Shown here: piece after piece, positions 37,489 to 47,390 of the stretch | Layout of the letters: each line of letters starts with the position of its first letter | Position numbering within the stretch: the first letter of the stretch is position 1 | Origin: Nitrospirota bacterium | GTDB taxonomy: Bacteria; Nitrospirota; UBA9217 | NCBI GenBank assembly: GCA_021814615.1 | Contig: JAKAHZ010000004.1 | Span: 6,246 to 70,245, forward strand | DNA length: 64,000 nucleotides | Direction: 5' to 3' | Notes under the pieces: model-generated | Database searches by the model: none | What the model was told of the DNA's origin: nothing | What the model saw: the letters and a program-made list of their open reading frames with translations, nothing else | Program-made: the position numbers and the translations under genes

Positions 37489-39642
37489 TCAGACCTTCGC
37501 CGCGGGCGGGGCTGCGGCAGCGGCAGCCTCGCGGTGGAAGCAGACGCGGTTCCTGCCGTTCCGCTTGGCGTGGTAGAGCGCCTCGTCTGCGCAGGCAACC
37601 AGGATGTCGCGATTCTCCGTATCCTCGGGGAAGGCGGCGACGCCGATGCTCAGCGTGATTTTGAGTTCGCCGTCGAAGACCCGCGCGGCGACGGTCTGCT
37701 CCATGACCGCGCGGATGCGCTCGGCGATGAGCCCGGCGCCTTTCGCGTCCGTCTCGATCATGCCCACGGCGAACTCTTCGCCGCCGTAGCGGGCGACGAA
37801 GTCCGTGGCGCGGACCGTCTCCCGCAGTACCTTGGCGACGGCCTTGATGGCAAGGTCGCCCACGGGATGGCCGTACTTGTCGTTCACGCCCTTGAACTTG
37901 TCGATGTCCATGAGCAGGATGGAGAAGGGGCGGGGTGTGCGTTCCAACTCCTTGTACCGCTCGGCGAGCTTCTCCATGAAGGTCCGGTGGTTCAGGAGAC
38001 CCGTCAGGCCGTCGCAGCGCGCCATGTTCTCGATCTGTTCGAAGAGCTTGGCATTGGCCGCGACAAGCGATATCTGGTTCAGGAGCGTATCGAGCAGGCT
38101 GTCCCGCTGGTATTCGGAGAACGCAGCGGGCTTGAGCGACGAGAGGAAGACCGCCCCGAGAAAATTATTGTTCGTGACCAGGAGCCTGCCATACATGGAT
38201 CGGAGAGGGCGCTGCAGCTCCTTGAAGGGGAACAGCCCGATGTCCCTGCCACGGCTGCCGAAATCGGACGTATAGTATTTGCCGATCCGCTGTTCGGTCC
38301 AATGCTTGTGCATGTGGACCATGATGGCGCTCGCTTCCAGGGGGAATGTCTTGCCGAGGAAGCTTTTGTCGTAGCCATGGAGCCCGACGAACTGCAGGTT
38401 CTGCCCGCCTTCGGCCTCGGTCGCCAGCACGCAGGCGCCGAAATCAAATGGCACGACGCTCTGAATTTTCGGGATCACGGTGCTCATGATCTCTCCGAAC
38501 TTGAGGCTGTTGTTGAGGTCCGTGCTGATCTCGTGGAGCGCGCTGAAGTGATCGGCGCGTGCCTTGAGCTTGAGGGTTAGCGAGGTGTTCTCGATGATCT
38601 GCACGAAGAAGGGCGCGAAATTGTTCAGCATGTCCTGGTTCTCATCGGAGAACGCGCCCGGTTCCAGGCTGTCCACGGCGAGGACCGCAATGGCCTGATC
38701 GTTATTGACGATCGGCAGCATCAGCAACGACCGGACCGCCGGCAACCGGGCGTCTCCCCGATAGTAGCCGAGGTTGTCGAGGGGGGTGCCCAGCGCGGTG
38801 AGGTCCGAGATGTTCTGCGTCTGGCGCTGGTCCGCGCAGATGACGATGAGCTTCCTGCCGCTTTCGTCCGGGAGCGCGCCCAGCGGAAGAACGGCATCGG
38901 GGCTCTCGGTCCTGATCGCGCGAAGCGTGTACACGTCCGTCTCATCCCGGAATTCGCGGAGAAAGAGCGCGTAGGTATGGGCCGGCACGAAGCCGTAGAT
39001 CATGTCGATGAGGCCGTTGAAGGTGATCTCGCGCTGCTGCACCGACTGGAGATGGACGGCCCGCCGGTGGTCCGTGGAGAGAGATTGCAGTTCGCCGGTG
39101 ACAGCGAAGGGATCGACAGCATCGGCGCCCTTGATCAGCCGCTCGTGCGCGTCCCGGACCCTGTCCTCCTCGCGCAGGCGCTGACGGATGATGGAGCTGG
39201 TGGCCATGGAGACGCCGGCAAGGGCCACGGGATAGCCTGCGTACTTGTCCCACTGTGCAGGATCGAACTGGCGGCCCACATACAGGTTCGCTGACTCGAT
39301 GGCGATGACCAGGAGCACCATGGAGAGCGCCTGGGGAAGGCGGGAGAGGGAGGAGAACACGACGGCGAGGACGAAATAGGCCGGCCAGAGCGACGCGTGA
39401 GTCTCGCCAGCGAGCTGGATCACGAAGTTCAGGAGCACGACGCCCAGTACGATGAAACTGAACGGCAGGGGATAGAGCGGCGTCCCGGTGAAGACGAAGT
39501 CGTAGGTGCACCAGAGGAGGAGAAAGAGGTAGCCGGCGACCCAGGGGAAGAACCAGGAACTGGAGATTCCCGATTCGAGGAAGAGCCCGGCAGCGGCGAG
39601 AAAGGTGTAGACGATCAGACCGGCAGTCACCAGTCTTCTCAC
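37489..39642 (-). CDS. Membrane diguanylate cyclase with two GAF domains
   Basis: N-terminal TM helices; DGLTGL, DIDKFK, I-site RATD, RYGGEEF; GTG start overlaps the DUF507 stop. Confidence 0.92.
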   Translation of the reverse strand: MRRLVTAGLIVYTFLAAAGLFLESGISSSWFFPWVAGYLFLLLWCTYDFVFTGTPLYPLPFSFIVLGVVLLNFVIQLAGETHASLWPAYFVLAVVFSSLSRLPQALSMVLLVIAIESANLYVGRQFDPAQWDKYAGYPVALAGVSMATSSIIRQRLREEDRVRDAHERLIKGADAVDPFAVTGELQSLSTDHRRAVHLQSVQQREITFNGLIDMIYGFVPAHTYALFLREFRDETDVYTLRAIRTESPDAVLPLGALPDESGRKLIVICADQRQTQNISDLTALGTPLDNLGYYRGDARLPAVRSLLMLPIVNNDQAIAVLAVDSLEPGAFSDENQDMLNNFAPFFVQIIENTSLTLKLKARADHFSALHEISTDLNNSLKFGEIMSTVIPKIQSVVPFDFGACVLATEAEGGQNLQFVGLHGYDKSFLGKTFPLEASAIMVHMHKHWTEQRIGKYYTSDFGSRGRDIGLFPFKELQRPLRSMYGRLLVTNNNFLGAVFLSSLKPAAFSEYQRDSLLDTLLNQISLVAANAKLFEQIENMARCDGLTGLLNHRTFMEKLAERYKELERTPRPFSILLMDIDKFKGVNDKYGHPVGDLAIKAVAKVLRETVRATDFVARYGGEEFAVGMIETDAKGAGLIAERIRAVMEQTVAARVFDGELKITLSIGVAAFPEDTENRDILVACADEALYHAKRNGRNRVCFHREAAAAAAPPAAKV

Positions 39643-39917
39643 TGTTTGCGTCTCCTCAGCAGTTCCTCTTCCCGGTACTTGCGGTAGAGCACGTCCCATT
39701 CGGGGCTGCCCTCGGGCACCTTGCGGGAAAGGGACTGGATCGTTTTCCGCGCGGCGCTGTCCGCCTCGTCGTCGAACTTGAGCTCCTCGGTGAAGACCCG
39801 CTTGATCTCTCGGAGCACCCGCTCGTCCGCGACCAGGGGTTCTGCTGCGCGGCCCTTCAAAATGCCGTCGGCGATCAGGTGCGAAACGTGCGATATGCGG
39901 TCTTCGGACAGTCGCAT
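39639..39917 (-). CDS. DUF507-family protein
   Basis: MRLSEDRISH...VPEGSPEWDVLYRKY. Confidence 0.8.
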   Translation of the reverse strand: MRLSEDRISHVSHLIADGILKGRAAEPLVADERVLREIKRVFTEELKFDDEADSAARKTIQSLSRKVPEGSPEWDVLYRKYREEELLRRRKQ

Positions 39918-40198
39918 CAGAGCACCATCCCCCGTTCCTTGGCGATTTTCTGCTTGGTTAGTTCGAAGACCTTGCGGTAGTCCATGTTCCCCTTGGCGAT
40001 CTCCGATTCGAAGGCGGCCAGCTTCTTTTCCACTTCCTTGTTCAGACGGTCCTCGGCGAGGAGATCGGCGGTGATGATCTCGGCGATCTTCAGGGTGAGC
40101 TCCCGGCGCGTGCCTGCGGGCTTTACGAGCTTCTTCGATTCGAGGCTTACGGCCATGGCTTCGGCGATATGGGCGATCAGTTCCTTGGAGAGACGCAT
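39917..40198 (-). CDS. DUF507-family protein
   Basis: MRLSKE...EDRLNKEV...DYRKVF..TK..IAKERGMVL; tandem with its paralog. Confidence 0.8.
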   Translation of the reverse strand: MRLSKELIAHIAEAMAVSLESKKLVKPAGTRRELTLKIAEIITADLLAEDRLNKEVEKKLAAFESEIAKGNMDYRKVFELTKQKIAKERGMVL

Positions 40199-40332
40199 GG
40201 AAACTCCTTCCGCTGCGCATTATACCAGAAAAGGGATGCACGGAGAACCGAAAAGGGAAAAGGGAAAGGCGCAGTCGCTCTCTGAAGGAAGCGAATGCGG
40301 GAAGGAACCGCAGGCCCGGTAAGCGGCCATCT

Positions 40333-41346
40333 CTATGCGGGTTGGCAATGCGGTGATCCCTTGGAGGGGAAGAGCCGGGCCGCAGCCATCCAAATCAGGA
40401 GGGGCGCGACCATACCGAAGATGCGTGCGGACCAGAGAATCTTTGTGAGGAAAGCCGGGTCCGGCCCCCGCCACGCAAAGACGATGCCGGAACAAAGGAC
40501 GGTCAGAAGGTGCTGCAGCGAGAGCAGCAAGAAGCCTGTCGCGACACGTTTGGCCTGCGTCGCTCGTCGGACCGAGCGGGCATTCGCCGCGAAGAGCACC
40601 GACAAGAGCACGGCATTCAGGATATCGTAGGTAAGGTCGCTGTGCAGGGTGCCTGCCGCCGTTCGGAACAGGATGATCCTTCCCTCGGCGGAAACCGTGA
40701 GGCTGCTCGGGACGGCGCCGATGAGGGCGTTTGCCGTTGCGGCGATGAGTACCGCGTAGCGTTCGATCAGCAGATGAATGGCCCCGAACGCGGCGATGCT
40801 CGCGAGGATGCAGGAGAAGACCGTTCGCGCCGCCGCGCTGGTAAGCGGGATGCTCTTGTTGACCCAGAGGAACCAGGTCGCGAAGACGATGACGGCAAAT
40901 GCGCCCTGCAACAGGTAGACATGCACGAGGTCGAACAGGTTGTTTGCATAATGGCCTACCATGCCGAGTACGCCGATCCGCAATATGTTCAGGGCCATGA
41001 TGACGAAAAATCCGGTCAGAATCCCTGCAAGGCGGTAGGCGCGGGTGTGCGAACGGAACGGCAGCACGCCTGCGCAGTAGATGGCGAAATACTGAAGGGC
41101 GGTGCATTCATGGGTTATCTCCATGGGAAAGTCGTAGAGGGTCAGGATCGTTCCCGAGAGCGCGGCGGGAATAGAGAACAGGCTCCAGAACCGGTAAGCA
41201 AGATAGGCAGTAAAGGGCTTTACCCAGTCGAATATTCCCCAAGGAGACTGCGAAAGGCAGAAAAATGCCGTCAGGAAAAAAAGAAAGGTAAGGATGAACC
41301 TGCGGTCGATGCTGAAGAGGCGCGGTGTGTCGTTCTGATTCTGCAT
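40333..41346 (-). CDS. Exosortase/archaeosortase-family transpeptidase (XrtH-like) with an extra C-terminal membrane domain
   Basis: Putative catalytic residues in MEITHECTA (Cys), LNILRI (Arg), FDLVHVY (His); multi-TM; start uncertain (41346 or 41391). Confidence 0.75.
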   Translation of the reverse strand: MQNQNDTPRLFSIDRRFILTFLFFLTAFFCLSQSPWGIFDWVKPFTAYLAYRFWSLFSIPAALSGTILTLYDFPMEITHECTALQYFAIYCAGVLPFRSHTRAYRLAGILTGFFVIMALNILRIGVLGMVGHYANNLFDLVHVYLLQGAFAVIVFATWFLWVNKSIPLTSAAARTVFSCILASIAAFGAIHLLIERYAVLIAATANALIGAVPSSLTVSAEGRIILFRTAAGTLHSDLTYDILNAVLLSVLFAANARSVRRATQAKRVATGFLLLSLQHLLTVLCSGIVFAWRGPDPAFLTKILWSARIFGMVAPLLIWMAAARLFPSKGSPHCQPA

Positions 41347-41448
41347 GGTTGCAAACGTCTCTGCCGGGGCGGCGGTCGTCTGAATTCGCACGGGCCGGGA
41401 TCGTTCAGGACCCCGGCCCGTCCGTGTCTTCTGGGTTGTGCTTCCCGG

Positions 41449-43182
41449 CTATGCTGATCGGTTCTTCCTGCCTCTCCTGCCGTTCATGACGGCCGCCAGG
41501 ACCATGGCGGCCGCGAGCACCGAATACAGGATGCGGTTGCCGGCAGGCGTGGCGGTCGTCATTACCGGCCCCGTCGCCACGGTCGATGTCACCGAGTTAC
41601 TCGTGACAGCCGTGTGGTTCGCGTCGGCGGCGGTTGTGACGCTCGTGGTCTCCGACTGGCCGTTGGTCGCTCCGGCGGGCGCGCTTACGGTCAGGGTCGC
41701 CGTCAGGAACGATCCACCCGCGTTGATCGGCCCTATCGACGCCGGCAGCGTCGAGGCGTTGAAGTTCGCGTTGGGAGTGGCCGGCAGGTCGGTACTCGAC
41801 AGAGAGAATGTGGTGGATCCGCACGCAAGCTGGGAGCTGTCATTGTTCGTTACCTGGATCGTATAGTTTATGGATCCTCCGGGGGCGACATTCTGCGATG
41901 CAGGGGTTAACGTGACCGTCGGATTGGCCCGCGTGCAGACCGGGGCCGTGATGGTCAGGGTCGCCGAGGCGGAGTCGTTGTACGTGGGGGTGCCGAGGCC
42001 CGATCCCGTGCCGCCCGTTACCCGGGCGGTCAGGGTGTTGGTCGTCGTTGCCGTCGCCTGAATGTCCAACGTGATGAGGTAGTTCGCGGTGGTCGTCGTG
42101 ACGCTCAGGGGCGTGCTGAACGTCAGCGTCGCCGAGTTTGTTCCGACCGTGTAGGTGACGCCCGAAACCAGCGTGTCGACGCCCGCATTGTACGCGCCGA
42201 GCGTGCCGGCGTCGTTATAGACGCTGATGTTCGCGACGTTGGCCGCGGTAAATTGCGCGCTCGTGGTCAGGACCAGGGTGTTGATCTGGCCGGTGCCCGA
42301 CGACAGGTACGCCGTGAAGCTGTCGATCGCGTTGTTGGCCGAGCCCTGCTGCGCATTCGCGTTCGCCACCGTCGCGCCGTTCCCCACAGAGAGGTTGCCG
42401 GATGCGACCGCGGGCAGGAACGTCGCGATTGAGCCCACCCACCAATTGCTGGCTGAAGAGGTCAAGGTGGCTGATGACGTTGCCGCCGAATTCGCGGTGT
42501 TGTCAGTCATGGCAGTTGAGACGTTGGTTGCGGACCGTGAAAGGTTCAGCGTCCAGGCGCCGTTGGTCCCGCCGGGCGTATTGAACGTCGCATTGCCGCC
42601 CACGGTGAAGCCGCCGATCAGCAGTTCGTTCGCCTGCGCTGTGGCTGCAGTGGTGCCTGACGATAGTGCCGTGCCCTGCGCGGCGGTATTGTTGATGGCT
42701 GTTTTGTCAAGGGGCGATGCCGTCAACACGCCGGAATACTCCTGCACCACGGCAGAGGTGTCCCAGGTGCCGATGGTCAGCGTCACCGTGGTCTGGCCCG
42801 CAGTAGTGTTCGGGCAATACCATATCGCGTGGTCTGAAGGCCCGCCTCCGTTCACGCCTGATGCGGCCGTCGCTTTGGCCCAGGTGCATCCGCCGCCGCT
42901 CACGGCCGTGACGCCGCCGGCAGCCGCGTCATTGGTTCCCGCTACGAGGATAAGAGTATCTCCGGCGGCCGTCGACGGGATCGTGACCGCTAGGCTGGTA
43001 CAGGAGACGCAGGAATTCGTTCCCCCCGTGCCCACCCGCGCCGCAGCTGAGGCCGCGGAGGGGCTATACGCCTGATGTGCAAAAACGCCGAGAAGCAGGG
43101 TGATCGTCATGGCGAAACGGCTCGTCGGCCGATGTTGCCAATTACTCAAACTCAGACTGGTCCTTCGCGAGGATCTGTTCAT
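41449..43182 (-). CDS. Secreted Thr/Ser/Ala-rich beta-domain surface protein with a C-terminal sorting signal
   Basis: Signal peptide; Ig-like domains; ends TTATPAGN + hydrophobic ILYSVLAAAMVLAAVM + basic RRGRKNR; SD AAGGAGG. Confidence 0.8.
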   Translation of the reverse strand: MNRSSRRTSLSLSNWQHRPTSRFAMTITLLLGVFAHQAYSPSAASAAARVGTGGTNSCVSCTSLAVTIPSTAAGDTLILVAGTNDAAAGGVTAVSGGGCTWAKATAASGVNGGGPSDHAIWYCPNTTAGQTTVTLTIGTWDTSAVVQEYSGVLTASPLDKTAINNTAAQGTALSSGTTAATAQANELLIGGFTVGGNATFNTPGGTNGAWTLNLSRSATNVSTAMTDNTANSAATSSATLTSSASNWWVGSIATFLPAVASGNLSVGNGATVANANAQQGSANNAIDSFTAYLSSGTGQINTLVLTTSAQFTAANVANISVYNDAGTLGAYNAGVDTLVSGVTYTVGTNSATLTFSTPLSVTTTTANYLITLDIQATATTTNTLTARVTGGTGSGLGTPTYNDSASATLTITAPVCTRANPTVTLTPASQNVAPGGSINYTIQVTNNDSSQLACGSTTFSLSSTDLPATPNANFNASTLPASIGPINAGGSFLTATLTVSAPAGATNGQSETTSVTTAADANHTAVTSNSVTSTVATGPVMTTATPAGNRILYSVLAAAMVLAAVMNGRRGRKNRSA

Positions 43183-43343
43183 GAGAGTTCCTCCTTGTTT
43201 TTTCCGAACGTACAAAAACCCTCAAAATGCTCGCTCATGCAAGACTCGAAAACGTGTGCAGGGAACTCAGACGTAACATCAGAGGATTCCACCGAACACT
43301 TGGAAATGAACCTGAGCGAGACCGGGACGGTTACGGGAAAAAC

Positions 43344-43757
43344 TTAGGACGGGAATGGGGGGGAGAGACCTGAGTAGGGAAGTCGCGTTCGTTGGAGACA
43401 GGAGAATCTCGCGTCATCGAGGCGAGAATAATGGATCAATAACGGCGCTGGCAGCGGCCGTTCTATGGGGATTGCGGCGGCAAATTGTGCTTTGGCTTTT
43501 GATACTGTCCTGCTGGCACCGTGGAAGCGGGTGTCATTATCGATGCCGCATAAGTAGTGAGGGGCCGATGCAAGGAGAACCGAAAGGCTGAATGATTGAT
43601 GTTCATTCAGCCTTTCATCGTCGTCATTGTCGTCGAGGTATTCATTGAAAGCGTAGGCGAGAGGGGTCTCATCCGAGATCGCATCGATAGAGATCCCGAA
43701 GAATACAGCGATGATCAGGAAGGAAACTGTAAGGAATCGAAGGATCCTGTCGGTCAT
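43344..43757 (-). CDS. Hypothetical protein with an N-terminal signal anchor and C-terminal GLSPP
   Basis: Hydrophobic N-terminus and acidic patch; co-oriented upstream of the exosortase target. Confidence 0.5.
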   Translation of the reverse strand: MTDRILRFLTVSFLIIAVFFGISIDAISDETPLAYAFNEYLDDNDDDERLNEHQSFSLSVLLASAPHYLCGIDNDTRFHGASRTVSKAKAQFAAAIPIERPLPAPLLIHYSRLDDARFSCLQRTRLPYSGLSPPFPS

Positions 43758-44227
43758 AGTTCAGCGGTTACTGATACTAGGATTTACAATACGATTTCAG
43801 AACATGTCATGAATTCCTGATTATAATTGCAAAAAGTGTGCAAGGTTATGTCAAGTGTTGAAATGGACATACATTGTTAATCGCTTCCAGATGCTAACTC
43901 ATTGATGTTACATGTATAATATGCGTAAACATGGCTTATTAATTTTATTTGAAATTTATATGGTAATATTTACAATTATTTATATGTAAGTAAATCAAGT
44001 AATTGTTTTGTTGAATTATGTTCAAGCAAAGTGCGTAAAAGAAAACTCAATTTCAGCATAGCAGATGCCTTTTACTGAGCGAATAGATCCGACTGAGCAA
44101 AAATACTCAGTGTATTAATGAAGCAGCCATGGATGTTTTTTTGGATATATGGTGCCACTTGTCCTCCGAAATGGGTGGACAAGCGTGATAAAATATCCCG
44201 TCCAAAACAATCCGGGAGGAGTGCGAA

Positions 44228-44839
44228 TTGAGAAAAGACGACACGAGGCGATTTCTGCTTGACGCGATGTTGAAACTTGTCTCAGAGAGGGGCTATGCCG
44301 GCGCCAAAACGCGTGATGTTGCTGCGGAAGCGGGCGTGACAGAATTGACCCTCTTCAGGCATTTCGGGTCGAAGGAGAGGATGTTCGAGGAAGTCTTGAA
44401 GAACTATACGTTCATTCCGCGGTTCAAGAATCTCATGCCTGAACTGGCAGGTCTTTCCGCGGAGGACGCCATCGAACTGATCGCTTCGCGGTATCTCGAA
44501 ACACTGCTCGAGAGGAAACCGCTCATCAAGATATTGCATGCAGAGGTGCACACCTATCCGGAGAGCATCAGGACCGTCTATAACAATTTCATGCGTGAGA
44601 TGCAGGGTACGCTATCGGCCTACATTCAGTCGTTACAGAAGCAGGGCATCCTGAACCACGACATGTCGGCAATCATCGCGTCCCGCATGTTTTTGTGGGT
44701 GCTTTTTTCCTATTTCCGGACCGAAGTGATTATGAACAATGGGGGCGTGAAAAAGAAGGATGTCCGGGAGATCGTCAGGATCTTCTCCCGGGGGGTGCTT
44801 CCGAGAACGTCGGGGGCGGACGGCGGCGGGGCCTCATGA
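44228..44839 (+). CDS. TetR/AcrR-family regulator
   Basis: ERGYAGAKTRDVAAEAGVTELTLFRHFGSKE; TTG start with a GGAGG SD. Confidence 0.88.
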   Translation: MRKDDTRRFLLDAMLKLVSERGYAGAKTRDVAAEAGVTELTLFRHFGSKERMFEEVLKNYTFIPRFKNLMPELAGLSAEDAIELIASRYLETLLERKPLIKILHAEVHTYPESIRTVYNNFMREMQGTLSAYIQSLQKQGILNHDMSAIIASRMFLWVLFSYFRTEVIMNNGGVKKKDVREIVRIFSRGVLPRTSGADGGGAS

Positions 44840-45784
44840 CGCCGTGGACCGTCGCACCTTCCGGAAATCCGCCCAGATGTCCACGACGCCCAGGGCGATG
44901 ACCGCAACAATGCTGGGGAGGGCGAGGATGATCGTGTGGAGGAAGCCGCGCCAGACCGCGGGGACCCGGACCTTGCGAAGAAGATATTCCACGAGGGCGA
45001 CGCCCTGCGCGAGATAGACGAGGAGATAGAGCAGCACCAGGTTGAGGCCCACGAAGAACGCCGTGGTCTGGGCAGGATCGATGGTGCCCCAGGCGACGAG
45101 GATGAGCGTCACGATGAGCCCCCAGACCCACTGGTCCGGAGCCTGCCAGAGCGCGAGCGGCGTTGCCTGCGCCAGCGGGGATCCGGGCGTGCGACGGATG
45201 ATGAGGGAGCGCGCCATGCCGTAACAGGCGGCGGATTGGATCAAGCTCGTGGCGAGGATGATGCCGGGGATGAGCCGGACGAAATAATGGATCACGCTGT
45301 CGGAAACGAAGGACAGCGCCTGGGCTACGTCGCCGAGGCCGATCTTCGCATAGGTCTCCTTCGCTTCGGTCAGGCTGTTCCTGAGGAACGCCTCGGCCGC
45401 AGACAGGGGGTCCTTTCCCGCCTTCAGGAAGAGCAGGGCAAGGAGTGAGCCGATGAGAAACACCGGGAGCGCGCCGCCCAGGATCACGGCCTGCTCGGGC
45501 CGATGCCCCCGCGCCATGGATTCAGCGATCGCCAGGGCCATGGTCCCCAGGCTGAGGAAAAAGACCAGGAGCGCCACATGCCATCCCCCCAGGGCCGCCA
45601 TGAGGAGCGACGCCAGGATGATCGCAAGAACCGCTGCCCGCCTGCCTTCCCGAAGGTGCACCAGGATGAGCGGCACCGGCGAGAACAGGAGCGCGATCTG
45701 GCTGATGATCGGGATGGGGAACAGGCCCAGGGCGCAGAGGCCCGCCGACTGGAGCGCTGCGATAATGACGGGGCGGAAAGGCAT
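44834..45784 (-). CDS. DUF2232/YybS membrane protein
   Basis: Multi-TM; YLAQGVAL and LGVVDIWADFRK motifs; usual position after rpsR. Confidence 0.85.
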   Translation of the reverse strand: MPFRPVIIAALQSAGLCALGLFPIPIISQIALLFSPVPLILVHLREGRRAAVLAIILASLLMAALGGWHVALLVFFLSLGTMALAIAESMARGHRPEQAVILGGALPVFLIGSLLALLFLKAGKDPLSAAEAFLRNSLTEAKETYAKIGLGDVAQALSFVSDSVIHYFVRLIPGIILATSLIQSAACYGMARSLIIRRTPGSPLAQATPLALWQAPDQWVWGLIVTLILVAWGTIDPAQTTAFFVGLNLVLLYLLVYLAQGVALVEYLLRKVRVPAVWRGFLHTIILALPSIVAVIALGVVDIWADFRKVRRSTAS

Positions 45785-45967
45785 GGGGTCTCCGGATTCG
45801 ATATGAAATGCATTCACAACCAAAGCAACCGCATTCAACGCTGAAGAATCATGATGGCCTATGAACCTCGCTGAATATGACCGGAGTGCAAGACATCATA
45901 TGCAGACTTGCGTCATTCTGCGTTGATTGCATTCCCTGCAACTGCTTCAGAGGAAAAGCGAGGACTA

Positions 45968-46010
45968 CAAAAAAAAGGGAAACCCCGCTGTGACTGCGGC
46001 GGGATTTCCC
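45968..46010 (-). terminator. Intrinsic terminator after rpsR
   Basis: Minus strand: gggaaatcccgccgcagtcacagcggggtttccc-ttttttttt. Confidence 0.8.
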
Positions 46011-46039
46011 GGATGGTTCGGTGCGGTTGCTGTCGTGAT

Positions 46040-46381
46040 TTACGCGTTCCTGTCGCCCGAGAAGGGCAGGAGCGCGATGTTCCGGCACCGCTGGATCGCC
46101 ACCGTGATCTCGCGCTGATGGCGGGCGCAATTGCCGGAGATGCGGCGGGGAAGGATCTTCCCGCGCTCGGTAACGAAGAACTTCAGGGTCTTCAGGTCCT
46201 TGTAGTCGATGAACGGCGTCTTGTCGACGCAGAATCTGCAGACTTTGCGGCGCACCTGGAACCGCTTCTTGCGGTCGCCGGGGCGGCCTTCGCGGGGAGG
46301 CCTGCTGCCGCCTTCGCGCGGTCCGCCTGCGGGCCGTGCTGCCGGCGCTGCTGCCGGCCTGCTCTCGGTATTCTCTGCCAT
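46040..46381 (-). CDS. rpsR: 30S ribosomal protein S18 (Zn-binding form)
   Basis: [32 protein letters not shown]. Confidence 0.97.
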   Translation of the reverse strand: MAENTESRPAAAPAARPAGGPREGGSRPPREGRPGDRKKRFQVRRKVCRFCVDKTPFIDYKDLKTLKFFVTERGKILPRRISGNCARHQREITVAIQRCRNIALLPFSGDRNA

Positions 46382-46435
46382 GGTAGGCTCCTCTTAAATG
46401 TGCTTCCGCCTCTGCCTTCGGCTGCCGGGATTCAC

Positions 46436-46855
46436 CTAGAAGGGGATATCCTCGTCTCCTGCCGGGGGCTCGGGCATCGGTTCCGAATCGCTTCCGCTCC
46501 TGCTGCCGGGGGCAGCCTGGCCGGAACGTTTCGGCATGAAATTGACGGCCTGCGCAACCACTTCGACCTTGCTGCGCTTCTGGCCGGTCTCCTTGTCGTC
46601 CCATCTGCGCTGCTGCAATCTGCCGTCCACCAGGATGCCATCGCCCTTGTTCAGGTACTGGCCGCAGTTTTCCGCCTGCTTCCCGAACACGACGATGTCG
46701 ATGTAGCTCACCTCGTCCTTGGTCTCGTCGCCCTGCTTGTACCGGCGGTTCACGGCGATGGCGAAGCTCGCCACGGCGGTGCCGTTGGGCGTGTACCGGA
46801 CCTCGGGATCCCGGGTGAGGTTGCCGAGGAGGATCACTTTGTTGAAACTGACCAT
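46436..46855 (-). CDS. ssb: Single-stranded DNA-binding protein
   Basis: NKVILLGNLTRDPEVRYTP; C-terminal DEDIPF. Confidence 0.97.
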   Translation of the reverse strand: MVSFNKVILLGNLTRDPEVRYTPNGTAVASFAIAVNRRYKQGDETKDEVSYIDIVVFGKQAENCGQYLNKGDGILVDGRLQQRRWDDKETGQKRSKVEVVAQAVNFMPKRSGQAAPGSRSGSDSEPMPEPPAGDEDIPF

Positions 46856-46897
46856 GCTGCTCCTTCCTGGATGCTGAACGGACGGTGATGCGCGGGA

Positions 46898-47278
46898 CTA
46901 ACGACGCTCGACCGAAGGCCTGCTGCCCGGTGCCGCCGCTGCTGCTGCCGGCTTTTCCTTTTTCGGCTTCGGCGGAGCCTTGACGCGCAGCTCCTTCTCC
47001 AGCTTGATGGAGAGGAACTTGATGACCGCGTCGGTGAGCTTGTAGGTGCGCTCGAGCTCGTTGATCACGGCCGGCGTGCCCTTGAACTGGAAGAACACGT
47101 AGTGGCCGCGCTTCTGCTTCTTCACTTCATAGGAAAGCTTCTTCTTGCCCCAGTCCTCGAACTTGACCATTTCGCCGCCCTGCTTGGCGACCACGTCCTG
47201 CATCTTCTTGATCACGGCGTTGGTCTCGTCGTCGGTGATGTTGGGGTTGACGATGAAGATTGACTCGTAGATCGGCAT
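46898..47278 (-). CDS. rpsF: 30S ribosomal protein S6
   Basis: YESIFIVNP, EDWGKKKLSYEV, GHY. Confidence 0.96.
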   Translation of the reverse strand: MPIYESIFIVNPNITDDETNAVIKKMQDVVAKQGGEMVKFEDWGKKKLSYEVKKQKRGHYVFFQFKGTPAVINELERTYKLTDAVIKFLSIKLEKELRVKAPPKPKKEKPAAAAAAPGSRPSVERR

Positions 47279-47390
47279 CTGTACTACCTCCTCGTGGGTT
47301 ATAGCCCCCGTAGAGCATTTCCTTCACGCTTCCGCTCCCCTCCGGGGAGAGGGCAGGGGTGAGGCTCGTATCGGGAGCAAGGAGTAATCT
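47279..47390 (-). ncRNA. Putative S6:S18-binding rpsF leader RNA
   Basis: Minus strand ACTCCTTGCTCCCG ... ACCCACGAGGAGGT: the 5' CTCCT can pair with the SD; located 5' of rpsF. Confidence 0.55.

Noticed and set aside
39639..40241. 200-aa ORF
   Set aside because: Only 39639..39917 is DUF507-like; the extension overlaps the second DUF507 gene out of frame.
42995..43015. CVSC in the exosortase target as a heme site
   Set aside because: It is followed by Thr, not His; more likely a disulfide.
43826..43843. Sigma54-like site TTGCAC-N5-TTGC on the minus strand
   Set aside because: It lacks the invariant GG at -24.
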